DNA of 64,000 nucleotides from contig OZ365114.1 in assembly GCA_977030845.1 (NCBI GenBank), forward strand, positions 27,218,001 through 27,282,000, given 5' to 3'. The translations under genes and the position numbers were made by a program. This document shows, in pieces, positions 39,201 through 51,269 of this stretch (position 1 is its first letter; each line of letters opens with the position of its first letter). A model generated the notes under the pieces. It saw only the letters and a list, made by a program, of their open reading frames with translations, did no database searches and was not told the origin of the DNA. This DNA is from Fimbriosthenelais zetlandica. Its lineage: Eukaryota.

Positions 39201-39436
39201 TTTTTCTCTCGAAATATATTACCTGAATTAGATGTTGGTCTGGGGCTCACTTTAGGTGAAAAAACGTGCTTGGGAGTTAGAAGAGGGGATTTGGTTTGAA
39301 AGAGAAAAATTATGACCTTGTTGGGATTCGAACCCATGTTCTTGTACTACTCTAAATGGCACCTTACAATATACAAGTAAGGGAGTTAGAATAAATAAGC
39401 AGTTGGAAAAAAAGCGAAAACGCGGAACATGGCAGG

Positions 39437-39505
39437 AATCAAAGCTAGTTTGACATGCCCCTCGTATTGAGAGTTCATCTCTTTAACCATTCGGCCACTG
39501 ACTGC
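39437..39505 (-). pseudogene. Degenerate tRNA(Ser-like) sequence
   Basis: Minus strand GCAGTCAGTGGCCGAATGGTTAAAGAGATGAACT...TTTGATTCCTGCC resembles the eukaryotic tRNA-Ser D-arm and T-arm; the anticodon arm is disrupted. Confidence 0.5.
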
Positions 39506-39704
39506 TTGGATCTGTTGGTGTTCAACAAATTGTGGTACATGAGAAGCGACGGTGAAAAGGAAAATATATTTAATATCAATTCATAATTTAAAACTTTTAA
39601 AAACTACCGAATGTATCAGCTGAATGTGTCTAGTCAGTAGAATAATCAACCTCCGTGGTTGGGGAGGTTCTGGAAATATTACCATTTGGTTTACTACCTC
39701 TAAC

Positions 39705-40043
39705 GGCTGTTCTCGTTGGCCCAGTGATCAAGGGCGCTGGTAGTCTGATGTAAGTTTTAACAGACTCGTGGGTTCGAATCCCCACAACAGCCATGGTAGT
39801 GGTCCCGTCTGTAAGTTTCAAGTGAAAGACTGGTGAAGTCTCCCACGTTCTGATCATAGCTTGATTTGCGTGGGCCCGCGTTCAATCCGTAAAGGTGGAA
39901 CACTTGCACTGATCATATGTGTGTACGGCCATGGAGCAATTCGCCACAGTGATCAGTTGGTTATCAAGTGTGTAGCCTTGCCAGGGTTGATATGCCAGGG
40001 TGAATGGATCCGGTTGACTAAGACTTACTCACCAAAAAAAAAA
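39705..40043 (+). mobile_element. tRNA(Leu-like)-derived SINE with A-tail
   Basis: A-box-like TGGCCCAGTGA, AAGGGCGCTGG, T-arm GTGGGTTCGAATCCCCAC, and A10 at 40034-40043. No canonical anticodon loop. Confidence 0.6.
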
Positions 40044-41452
40044 TTATTTATATTTTAAACTTAAATTTTGTTTGGAGGGTGTAAGATGACAGATGGGAAA
40101 TAGTGGTAGAAATATTTAATAACGCTACGAATAGGGTGATGGGTATTGGAAATTACTGAGGTGAGTGTGTGTGTGGTGGGGGCAGGTATGTAGGTATGGA
40201 AATATTTTTATGAAACATGCCCCAAACACAGAAAGAGATATGGTGATGGTGCAAGTGATAGTTGTAGTTAAAATGTCCCCAAAAGGGTGACAGATAATAT
40301 TCTGAAATATTTTATGAAAATTGCCCCAAATAAGAGTATGCGAGAAATTAGTAAATTATTGAAAATATTTTATGAAACAAACCCCAATTAGAAAGGAGAT
40401 GATGAGGTTCGGAGGGGATGAGACACAGTGTTAGGGACAGAGGGGAGAGATGGCTGGAGGAAAGGGAAATGGTGTGCTCGGGAGAATATAAGAGACAGTG
40501 GAGAACATGGGGGATGGGAGAGATGGTATAGGAGAAGGTATAAGGGAGGGTGAGGGTGGTATAGTGAATGGGACAGTGGCTAAGTAAGACAGGGTGACTG
40601 GGAGAACTCAGAGAAGGGCATGAGAGAATTCAAAGAGCAGATTATTATAGGAATGATTGGAAGCAGGAGGAAAAGGATGGAGATGGTGAGTCCCCTGTTA
40701 GAAATTTTACATAGTGATGGAAATGAAATGTGTTTAATTGTAGCACATGCTTGTAGCCTACTTGCCCAAGCACTAAAACTAATGTAGTGATCAATGATGA
40801 AGTTTGCTAGCCTCCATCCAACAATATGTCACCCGTTTTCATTAAATGAGTTTAAAGTCGTAAAGGTGAGATATAAGTGGCTTGTACACAGTGCTTTCAG
40901 GCCAATAGCATCGAATGGCCCTGTGCGACTTTAGACTCGCTTACAGAAAACACCTCAAAAATGCAAGAAGCAAAGGAGCTGATTTGGCTGGACGGACCTC
41001 CCCTCGCTGACAAACCGTCAAAAGCCTTGCGAATTTTGCCTGTTTTGTAACGAGAAAGGTATCAAACACCTACCGACTGTAAAGCTAGGGACCTAGGGTA
41101 AGGCTAGCCAAAAGGCGGTCTCAAGGTTCTTGCAAGGGAGAGACCTGGGATCTGGTAGACTATAGTTCTTCCAGAACGAGAAGTTAACTTCTCATTCTGG
41201 AAGTAATAATTGAATAGAACAATTATGCAGGCTTATAATTTGAAAAGATATGAAACAATACTTCATGGCCATAAAATCTTTTGCCAGGGTTAAAACCAAG
41301 AAAATCTCTAATACTGAGCACTCATGTACAGCCCTGATGTTTCAGCACCCCATCCCCCCCCCCCCCCACCCTCTTTTAGACCCTAGCTAGCTAGGTCATC
41401 TTGTCTGGCGGGTGTATGAATATCAATCTTGAGCACAGAAAATAGTACCTAC

Positions 41453-41576
41453 CCCGACCACTGTCTTCCTCGTCCACCACAGCTTTTAGTGTCTTCGACC
41501 GTCGGTAGGGGTCGAAGATGTACTCGTAAAGTAGTCCGGCAAGTACCCCTCCTGCCATTGGCCCGACCCAGTAAAT
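41453..41576 (-). CDS. Aquaporin exon: TM6 and start of C-terminal tail (IYWVGPMAGGVLAGLLYEYIFDPYRRSKTLKAVVDEEDSGR)
   Basis: Acceptor ...attttttgttacag, in frame with the 63583 exon, giving HW|IYWVGP as in AQP1/AQP4/Big brain. The 3' boundary is placed at the GTAGGT donor (phase 1) and is less certain than the 5' boundary. Confidence 0.92.
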
Positions 41577-44149
41577 CTGTAACAAAAATAATACTGATAA
41601 AAGGGAGGAAAATAACCATGATTGTGTGGTGGAAATCATGGCTACCAAACACAGAGGACCCGAGGATAGATGCCAAAGACAAGCACCATGAATAGGTGGG
41701 GAGAAATGCTGTAGGAAAATGCATTGTAATAAGGGACTATTTTTCCTTGCGGAAGATTATTTTAAGAAGGAGGTGGGATGGGCCCTGCGTACTGATTAGA
41801 CGCGGTAAGGAACTATAAATAATAACTTGAGTAGAAGAAGTGGTTTAGAAGCTACCATGAGGGGAAGAAAGCCATCCAAAAGCTGAACCCATTAAGTCTT
41901 TATGGGGCTTGGAACCAAGTTTTTACCCAGTAATAGCCCAGTGTAATTTCCAAAATGGCCGCCAATTGCTTGTTTTCAGTCCTTGAATCCCCCACTTTAA
42001 TTAACTTTAATGGCTTTATAAATGGGTGGAAAACCATCTCAAAGATGCTTATAGAGGTTGGAAGAGGACAAAACCTGCATATCAATGGCCACATTCCCGT
42101 TTCAAGTCAGTGAAGGAAAAAGTGGCTTCATGCTTGGTTTTGTCATAATCCCGGTTGAGATTTTTCTAATGTGTAAATTATTCACTTGAAGAACCTTAGT
42201 ATCCAGGATTAAAACTTGAAAAACTATGATTCTCCAACTAGGCCACTAGGACATCAGTTTCCTTTTCATTATGAGAATGGGTATACATGTCGCAGGAGCT
42301 TCGTGGATAAGACATTTCAAATTACAAACCCAAATTACAAGACCTGGAAGGACCATTCGCTTACACTTCCAAGAAGTATATTCCTTGGAAGGAGCTTGTA
42401 AATCATGAAGTGAGAAGTCTGCAGTATTAGAGACTTGCACCTGCCTTATACATTAATATTCTGAGCTCATAAGAGAAGCTCGACCAAGTCTATTCTTGGC
42501 ATCAGTCAGGGCTCAGGCTTTATGCTCACATGGGGAAGAATACAGGTAAGTACTGGTCCAATTAAATACACTACAAAGACAGGCAGCGCCACCTTATCCC
42601 GACCAGAGAAAGCCCTCCTCCCTTCACAGCCTCCTCTAATGACAGGCACTGACCTTTTTCTGTAGCTGACCCGGAAGTGGAAATGGAAAAGGGAGAAAAT
42701 GGCAAAGTTGAAGGCGGCTGGAGTACATAACCCACAACGGCTGTGTCATTTTATATTACTCTATGCCACGGATTGACTGATTGGATCCTTATGAAAACTT
42801 AATAAAACCATCTCATTCAAATAATCATTTATTCTGGATTTTACAATCCAATTCTTGAATTTCCTTCTAATGTTTCCCTTTACCTCGTTTCTCTCTTCCC
42901 ATACGTCTGTACTTCACACATTTCTCTTCCTCCTCTAACCCTTTTTTCTTCCATCAATTCCACTCGTCCCTTTCCCTGAGTCTCTCAGACCTCCCCAGGG
43001 CCCCGTGCCAATCTTAAACATGCTAATTACCATGCAAATAAAGAACTCCCCAATTGTTCCTTGTGTTTTTCCCTTCCTGCCTCGGGCCTCTAGCTGGAAT
43101 TCCATTTGTTTCAAAGCTATCCCAGTCAGTCTCCCCATAAACAACCTGGGGGTTGCCCGAACATCCTGACCTAATTTACTAAACCAAAAACCAGATCCTA
43201 GACTCTTCCACTTTCCACCTGACAAAGATAAATTCCCACCCAAAATTGCTAAAGGAGTCCCCCATTTAAGGACTCCTCAATAATGTAAAGAGCAATTATG
43301 CCTGCAAGCAGCAGAAGCGGGTGAACGCTTTTCAACTTATTATGACATCTCGCTTTGTGCGAAAGTGGGCAGAAATCGATGACGTTTTGAGGGATTGCCG
43401 TGACGTTCTTCACCATTTGGTGATCCTTGACATCTGAGGGAGGGATAAGAAGGGCGGGGCTTATGTTCTTCAAAGAAAGCAATCAGAATGAGGCGTCTGT
43501 CCGGAGGTGGTGGGTTTGACCCCAGATTCTCTCACCTCTCATCTACCCAGCCGTCACTCTACCAGCCTGCAATTGACTGTCTATAGACTTACTCACCAAA
43601 CTGTGGCAAATCAGGAGGTCTGTATCCAGCATGATGGCCCATTGGTGCACAACCATATCTGGACAACGTCAACCTATCACCAGTTTTGGTGATACTATGA
43701 CAGATACACCGACAAATACTTGAAATGTATAGAGAACCAATCAAAGGTCATATCCCCAACAGGAATTGGTTGTATTTGGTCCTTACAAGCTCCAATATAA
43801 TGACTTTTTTCTGTTATATTGCACCAGGAGGCACTATCCACTGAGCAGACCTTTAGAAGTATAAGCTCCCCCAGAATCTAGAGGGAAATTTCACAGGAGG
43901 AGAGCCAATAACTTGGAGGGGGTCTGACAGACGGCTTTAGGCATCCATTGTATAGGTGTCTCTGAGAACTACGTTTATAAGGTGAAGTAAAGTGACTCAA
44001 ACTGCTCGATTCATCCACAAGTTTTGCTCTTTTACCTAGAAAGATTCTATGGAATCCCGCCTGCACAAACTCAGATGCTGACTACAACGGAATGGGTCCT
44101 TATATACACTGTTACAAATCCTAACAGCCTGTCATGGTCTGGACAATAT

Positions 44150-44460
44150 TCAGAGCATGTCCAGGCGGCGGGTTTTTCGGGATTGCGACGCGCGCCGTCA
44201 GAGCGCATTAATTTCCGCCGTCCATGCGTCGCCGCACAGTCGCACACTGAAACAACGTGCCGCTGTTCGTGGCTTAAGCTTTTACAACAGCGCGCCGTCC
44301 CCACTAATCCCTTTACCACACTGAGCGCCACATGAAACCCGGCCCCTGATTGGTCCATATTATGAGCCTATACCCCCACCCTGATTGGTCCCTAATGTGA
44401 GCCTCTACCCACCCCCCGCCCCCGCCCCCCCCCCCCCCCCCATCCACTGCACCCGCCCGC
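44150..44460. promoter_or_regulatory. CpG-rich patch followed by duplicated CCAAT boxes and a poly-C/GC-box tract
   Basis: Dense CpGs at 44160-44330 in a CpG-poor background; ccctgattggtcc occurs twice (about 44344 and 44379). Confidence 0.4.
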
Positions 44461-44592
44461 CACCCCAACCCATTCCTATTCCCCCAACTTTTATTAATCA
44501 TCAATAATTATAGAGATCATCAATTGAGGTGTTGCCTTGGCCTTTGGAGACGTGGCATAACATTCCTGATCCAAATGAGCCATGTGTTCTAA

Positions 44593-44595
<3 letters not shown>

Positions 44596-44659
<64 letters not shown>
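44596..44659. repeat. (CT)n microsatellite, about 32 units
   Basis: Directly visible. Confidence 0.98.
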
Positions 44660-44662
<3 letters not shown>

Positions 44663-46230
44663 TGAAAATAAATGAAATTGTGTAAGCAGTAAAATATATG
44701 AAATCAAAATGTATCTGTATTAAGGGTCATCTCAAAAGTTTGCAAGTTCTGTCTAAATTTAAGTAGATTATATTGGGAACCAGTCAACCCCACTTCCCCC
44801 TATCTTAAAGTTAAAAAAGCATATATGCTTTTTATATTCAACTGTTTTTGCACACTTTTGAAACAATATCATTATTGAGACTATCACATCATTACTAGTC
44901 CAACAAATAAATGTTCCAAACTTTAAGAATTATAATCCCCCCTTTGAAGCCTCTGCCCGCCACATCCGCCCAGGTGGGGGGATGTGGCGGGGCAGAGACA
45001 ATAGGCGGATTAGTGTGGCTATATATGTGGGTCTATTGTTGTCCATGCCTACACGAGGTCTGTAAATAAACATATACATGTACTATAATTATGCGAGGTG
45101 GATAATGCGAGATGCAGGCTAAGACATAACCGAATATATTATGTTTTAAAAATGATACCTTCTAAACTCACCTCTCTTAAAACAGTTGTGGAAGCTTCCC
45201 CTTGTTTTCTGATTCGCGGATTTTCACCTACTGTCTCATTTATTATGGAGTATGTCAATGTCAAATGACCATGTAATCTCAGACACATATCTGAAAAAAT
45301 ACAATTTCAAGTTTCTCAACCTGAAATCCGAATCTCTGGCGCGTAGGCTAATGTCTGAAAAATACAATAATAAATATAAGGTTATTTCATGGCGCTAATT
45401 CGTCCTCAATGTTTGTAGACTGGCCAATTGTGTCAGCGCAAACTGGCGTCCACAAAGCCACACTATCGACAAATGTGTGAAATAGGGGCTCTAAATCCAG
45501 GCATGTTAATAATATAAGTTTTAATTCACAGCTTTCCAGAAAAATGAAGATGACTGTGAGCGACCATTTGCGCCACTTAGCAATCATAAATAATTTTACA
45601 TACCAAAATCTGGGGCCTGTCGAACTTCCACCGAGTAGGCCTATGACATGAGATATTGAATCTGAAAGATAAATGATAATCAAAGTAGGATGAAACAATG
45701 TATAAATGTAATGTTTAATCATGTCGGCTTTTATTATTGGTATTACAAAACCCAAGATAATGAACAGTGAAGAACAATGATGGTGAAGGATTCTGCTTAC
45801 CATTGCGTATGAATGAAGCATGTCAAGCATGTCTTCCCTCTTTCAAAGTTGACGGGAAACTGACCTCCCTCTCTCCCTCACTGCAGTGAAGGCCTCTGGT
45901 AGTCTCCTACCCGCCTAATGCCTACCCATCACCCTCCTCAGAGGTGTTAGTAGGTGGTGGTCATTTAAGCGTGACCAAATTTGACCACCACGCAACAACA
46001 TGTCTATACATGCATTTATAACTGTTGGTAGCCGAACGAATCTTCAAGTCATAGATTTTATTGAAATATTACTGTACTTGGGACCTGTGTGCATTAACAC
46101 TATAGGCTATAGGTTACATATGTAACTTTAGGCCTACTTTATAATACCTGGTTGCTTATTTACAAATAAGGTAAAATTGTTAAACAAATTTTAAAATCTC
46201 AAAATTCAATGCGATGTCATGGTTTCCATG

Positions 46231-46353
46231 GTAACCAGAACAAATTAAAAAATTTTGTTCTCCGAGGTTAATGTCAATTCTTTCTAAAATATTTAACTTT
46301 TCATATACATTGAAAGAGAGATTATTTTTTCTAAAATAATTTATACATCCCCT
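46231..46353 (-). mobile_element. LINE APE-endonuclease remnant
   Basis: RGCINYFRKNNLSFNVYEKLNILERIDINLGEQNFLICSGY resembles the GGV.IY+K.NL...+E.+.I.+....+LIC.+Y segment of CR1/L2 endonucleases. Confidence 0.45.
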
Positions 46354-48389
46354 TGTCTCATAATTCATTTCTTCAGGTATAATCATAATATTTGCAGGCC
46401 TTATTCCTTGTCTTGTCTGATACACCCTATGTGCTACTAGTGGGAAGTTAGGACTCTAAATGTTAGAGGGTGGCTGGGGGTGTATAGCCCCCCGGGGTGG
46501 CATGATATGTATTTGTGAGGTAGACAATGGAAATATCAGCTGTCGGACGGCGGCATTTCTGAAACTTTACTCAAACGATGGCATGCTGTTCAGGAGTTGG
46601 CTGGATGGCGACAGGGTAGTGTCGCCATCTAAGCAAATATTATATTAGGTATGGACGGCGCCAGACTGTTGAACATTTTGGATTTTTAACAGTGTAAGGT
46701 ACAAAGCTACCAAAGCCCTTCATGCCACTCTCCCTATGGGAGTGACCCAGGGATCGGCTGTTGTTCAGGTTTGACTCCCATACCCATCCTCAGGAGTGAG
46801 CTTCCATGCAGAGAAGGTCATAGAGCAATCAAATAGATCTTATACACAATCTATGCAATGATAATAACCGACCCAGTTTACTTCTCCCATGAGCCATGAA
46901 CCAAGTCCCAGCCAGTTGTGATAAAATCTGCTCCAGCTTGCAGGATCCAGGTCAGGTTTGGCTGGGAATTAGGTGATACATCATGTTGCTTAGATTAGAC
47001 TGTATTCACCATCTATCTGACATTGAATAGAGCTAAGGAGATCTGAGGTATTGGGTTGAAAGCCTTAAAGCAGATCCTATGGTGAAAGGTGTGGCATACA
47101 CCCATGGACATGCATCCAAATGAAAATTCTTGATTAAATATATTTCCTATATAAAGTATGCAATAATATGGGAGAATACAGAATTCCTAATGTCACTGGG
47201 GCCAGTCCAATCACTTTTCTTCCAACCAAAGCCAGTGTCCTCATTCAATTCCTTTCGAACATTGAAAGCAGTGATAACAATACCTCTATCACCACCCCCT
47301 CCACCATCCACCATTATCTGTAGACCGGGAGTCGTTAGAACGGGTAGAATCATTGAAGTATGTGGTTTATACATTTGTCCTTTTCCATCCTCACCCTGCT
47401 TCATTTACCGCCCATTCTTCACCACCAGTCTAAGACATGGTGTCTCCAGTCCACACATTCCTCCTTCATGTTTTCCCTTCATTTATTATCAATTCTTTAC
47501 TCGGTTCCTTTCACCCTTCATTTATTATCCATGTCCTCTTTCTTCCCCTCACTGGTTGAGTGGGACTGTGGTGTACTCTCATCCTCCCATCATCTCCCCA
47601 TCTATTCCCCCACTCTCTACATTTTTTTCTCTTCACAGGAAGTTGCTGTTCATTCATCTGGTCGCATTCGTCATGAAAGCTTGACTTCAGCATCTATACT
47701 GCTACCATCCAAAGACTATATATGGAGGAATAAGGCTCGCTTTCTAAACCTCCCAAGAAAAATGCCAAATCACAGGGTCAACTCTGGCTTTGATCTACGA
47801 GCAATTATTGCACATGACTGCCTCCCAGTGTTCAAGCTTCTAATAAAGCAGAGAGGGAAAAATAATCTCATAGATCTCTAAAGGCAGCTATAATTCACCA
47901 CGCCATTATAGGCTTTCTTCCCTCTATACCAAGTGAGGCGCTTTTTTCAGTAATGCCATGAAAGGCGATTGCTAGCAGCAGATAAATTTTTCCTCAGTGA
48001 TGCACATGCTGCGATGCAATAGAGAGCGGACTGACATTGAAAGAAATATTATATTTCAATGAGATATACGAGTTCAGAAATAGTGGGTTCTTTATTGCAA
48101 ATGACTTCTCCATTCAGAAGGAGAATACAATTTGAATGAATGGATGGCGTCGAGAGAAATAAGTGTTTGAGACTGTTCAGTATTTTATACCAGACAAGGC
48201 TTTTACTTCTGAGCTTTTGTAAGCAAACCTGTCTGTGTGGGATTTATTTCCTCAGATGAGAAACATGGTTCCCAGTTACGGTTTTGGTACTACTTAGTAT
48301 GGCATTAAAGTAGAAATTGAACCAATGCAATAGCGTCTAAGCCATGAGCTTGCAATTGCTTTACACATTCTAGTTGTGGTTCTATATAG

Positions 48390-48476
48390 GTCTAAGCTAC
48401 TCCATGATGAGCAGAAGGAATGGCAGACACTTTTACATTGGGTCCATGAAGAAAAACACACAGAAAAAAAGACAAG
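48390..48476 (+). other. Candidate 87-nt plus-strand exon (SKLLHDEQKEWQTLLHWVHEEKHTEKKT)
   Basis: tatatag acceptor (weak) and AAG|GTAAGC donor; symmetric phase 2/2 with an open frame. Confidence 0.2.
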
Positions 48477-48804
48477 GTAAGCAAGACAAGAAAGTGAATA
48501 ACCAGTTTAGGTGGAGGGAGAATTTCCCTCTGGCCCTATGATACATAGATCACTTTAGCTTTTCTCAGTCGTCACTTCTGGAGCGAGGCACAGAGGACCC
48601 CATGTCTCAGTCCACTAATCTGTTTGTACCATCCCACGTGTATGAAGGGGACTTGGTTTAGCGGTTAAAACTTGGCGTAATGAAAATATACGATAGACTA
48701 AGATGTGTTTGGTGTGAACGTGTTAGATGCAATTATTTGGCAGTATGGTAGAAAAGGGAGCTCACTGTGCAGGTCCGATGAAGACAGATGGAGAAGTTGA
48801 GAAT

Positions 48805-49068
48805 ACAAGAATATGATATACAAGATTCTGATGTTAAGGAAAGAACCCTCATATGTATGTCCTTGGACAGGTATTGAAATATTTCTCTCATCTATAAGAG
48901 GCATACAAGAATATGAAGTTAAACAGAAAACCCATATGTACGCCCTTGCCCAGGTTTTGAAATATGTCTCTCATCTATAAGAGGCCTACAAGAATATGAA
49001 GTTAAGCATAAAACCCATATATATGTATGCCCTTGAATGTATGTATGTATTGAAATATGTCTCTCATT
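48805..49068. repeat. About 83-bp tandem repeat, about 3 copies
   Basis: acaagaatatgaagtt at 48905 and 48988; ttgaaatat.tctctcat recurs three times. Confidence 0.85.
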
Positions 49069-49480
49069 AAGACACCAAAGACAAATAGGGAGAAAGACAC
49101 AGAGATGCGAGAACTAAGAAGAAATAGAAACAATTCCAACCATTTTCCATTTATCTAAAGGACCTTTCTCTCTGAAAAGGTCAATAGCATCGTGATGTAT
49201 TCTCAGAATACCACACGACCCAAAGCCAGCAATCTTCCCCACATACCAAGCCAGTATCACAGTGAAACTGTGCCGCTCATATTGCAGTGAAACTAGCCAG
49301 CCATTCATCAATCCAATAATTCTAATTGTATAAATGGAGAATTACACGGGGCTTAAAAAGACAGCTGAAAAGCCCATGGCGGTAGAGCGTGTAGTACTGG
49401 GGGTTTTATCACTGTACCTATTGTCTAAGGTGTTAAAATCATCGGACGCTTCTTAATGTGAGGACTCTGTCATTGATTGG

Positions 49481-49918
49481 TATGGGAAGGGTGGGAGGCA
49501 GGCCTGTTTAGTAATGCCGAGTGTAACATATACTTATACAAAGGCAGGAAATACATATGTAGGCTACAATGAATGAAAAGCACTAGTTACATTGAGGTGC
49601 ATGTAAAGGAACTATTGGAAACTTGTAAACAGCAGGTCATATAGCCAACACAGTGTTTCCTCAATACCAGGAGATCGAACCCATTCAATATTCCCTCACT
49701 ATATGGGAAGGGTGGGAGGCAGGCCTGTCTAGTAATGCCGAGTGTAACATATACTTAGACACAGGCAGGAAATTCATGTACAATGAATGAAAAGCTCTGC
49801 AATTGTTTTGCAAAACCATTGAGGTGCATGTATAAGGGAACTATTGCAAGCTGTTGAATTGACAACAGCAGGTCATATAGCCAACAGAGTCTTTCCTAAA
49901 TACCAGGAGATCGAACCC
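49481..49918. repeat. About 221-bp diverged tandem duplication
   Basis: tatgggaagggtgggaggcaggcctgt at 49481 and 49702; both units end in ataccaggagatcgaaccc. Confidence 0.9.
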
Positions 49919-51269
49919 AATCGATTCTCCCTCAGAAGCCACCCCAGGGATAGATCCAAGGGGACGTTCAGGGGTTCAGGGCCCCCATGCAGGTTCAGGA
50001 CCCCCATGCACTCTTTCAGATTTGTGTCCCTCAAATAATATTTTCTGGATTACTTCAATGTCTTGAGTTGAGTTGTTCCAAGAACATACTCTGAGGATTT
50101 AAATGTCTTAGAGTTTATCATGGCCCGGAGCATCTTTATCTAATGTCGGATGATGAGAGGTATAGTGGTTGGTGGTAGTGGTGTGTGATGACAGATTGTA
50201 ATCATTCCGCTTCACTGCTGGATTATTCCTGTCAAAACCAGATGAGGTGCACACACTGAATCAATACGACCAGTGATAAACTTACCACCTTATCACAGTG
50301 CTCCCTGAGGACAGAGAGAAAGGTGCAGGATCCTTAATCACCACAATGATGCCACATACAAATATCACTTATAGCCTCAACCCACTCAGCTACCATCTAC
50401 CTACAATCTGATTTACGATCCAGTTACAACAAAAATCTTTAAATTATATGGAAAATTATGTGGAATGAACCTACGATCATGTTCCTGTGTGCTTTGTGTT
50501 TTTCTTCATGGAACAGAAAAATCTGCATCTTATTTTGAACATGTTCAAACAGATTGTAGCGAGATTCAGTGTTGTAAGGGGTCCTACACTTTGTCTCAGA
50601 GTCAGGGCCCCTTATAACATCAGAAAACTCCAAGTATACTTAGGCCCAACATATAGGCACTGTTCTCCGGCGTTGGGAGCATGATTGAACTTCGCTACAG
50701 ATAAAGTCATTTAAATTACCTTATAACGATCTGACCCCACTACAACAGAGTTAAATTAGTTTTTCCAATTCCACAATTTAGTTCCAATTTTTCGCTCGGT
50801 CCATAGAGCTTAGCGGTAGCGGAGTATAGTTAGTTAAGGAGCAGCAACCATGTGTGATGTATATATGGGAGGGATTCCTATTAAAAGCCTGTGATTGGAC
50901 TGGCCACCCTGCCCACCCTGGCCATGTTCTCACACCCTGGACATGACAGCCACCCCGATTAGAATCGATGAGATGGCCGCACCCTAATCCAGCACCGAGC
51001 GTGAGACAATCCATTAAGATCCCTGACTACTAACTAACATCACACAGATAACACTGTAAGCTCTTAAAGACTAAAATAAAACCTTTTTATGGCGATCGAC
51101 GGCCATTAACTTAAGCCATGTACACCAGTAATTTGGCTAATTTGGCCTGCTTTGTCACAAAGATTCAGCCAATGTTGAGTCTATAGGCTACTGTATCACA
51201 TCTTAGACTTCCATCTATTGCTTGTTATTACCCATTGTAATCAGATAAACCACTTAATATGTTTAACAA

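Noticed and set aside
39437-39793. Functional tRNA genes
   Set aside because: Anticodon arms cannot be folded canonically; treated as pseudogene or SINE heads.
43500-43900. Possible Gypsy integrase remnant (IQPIPV..., SRYGC, DSGGAYTS)
   Set aside because: Motifs are in different frames and out of order; no LTRs seen.
44501-44707. RE-repeat protein after a strong minus acceptor at 44662
   Set aside because: Simply the translated (GA)n microsatellite; no donor support.
47130-47881. Overlapping 173-184 aa ORFs
   Set aside because: Arise from C/T-rich low-complexity sequence; only a lone acceptor at 47638 with no matching donor.
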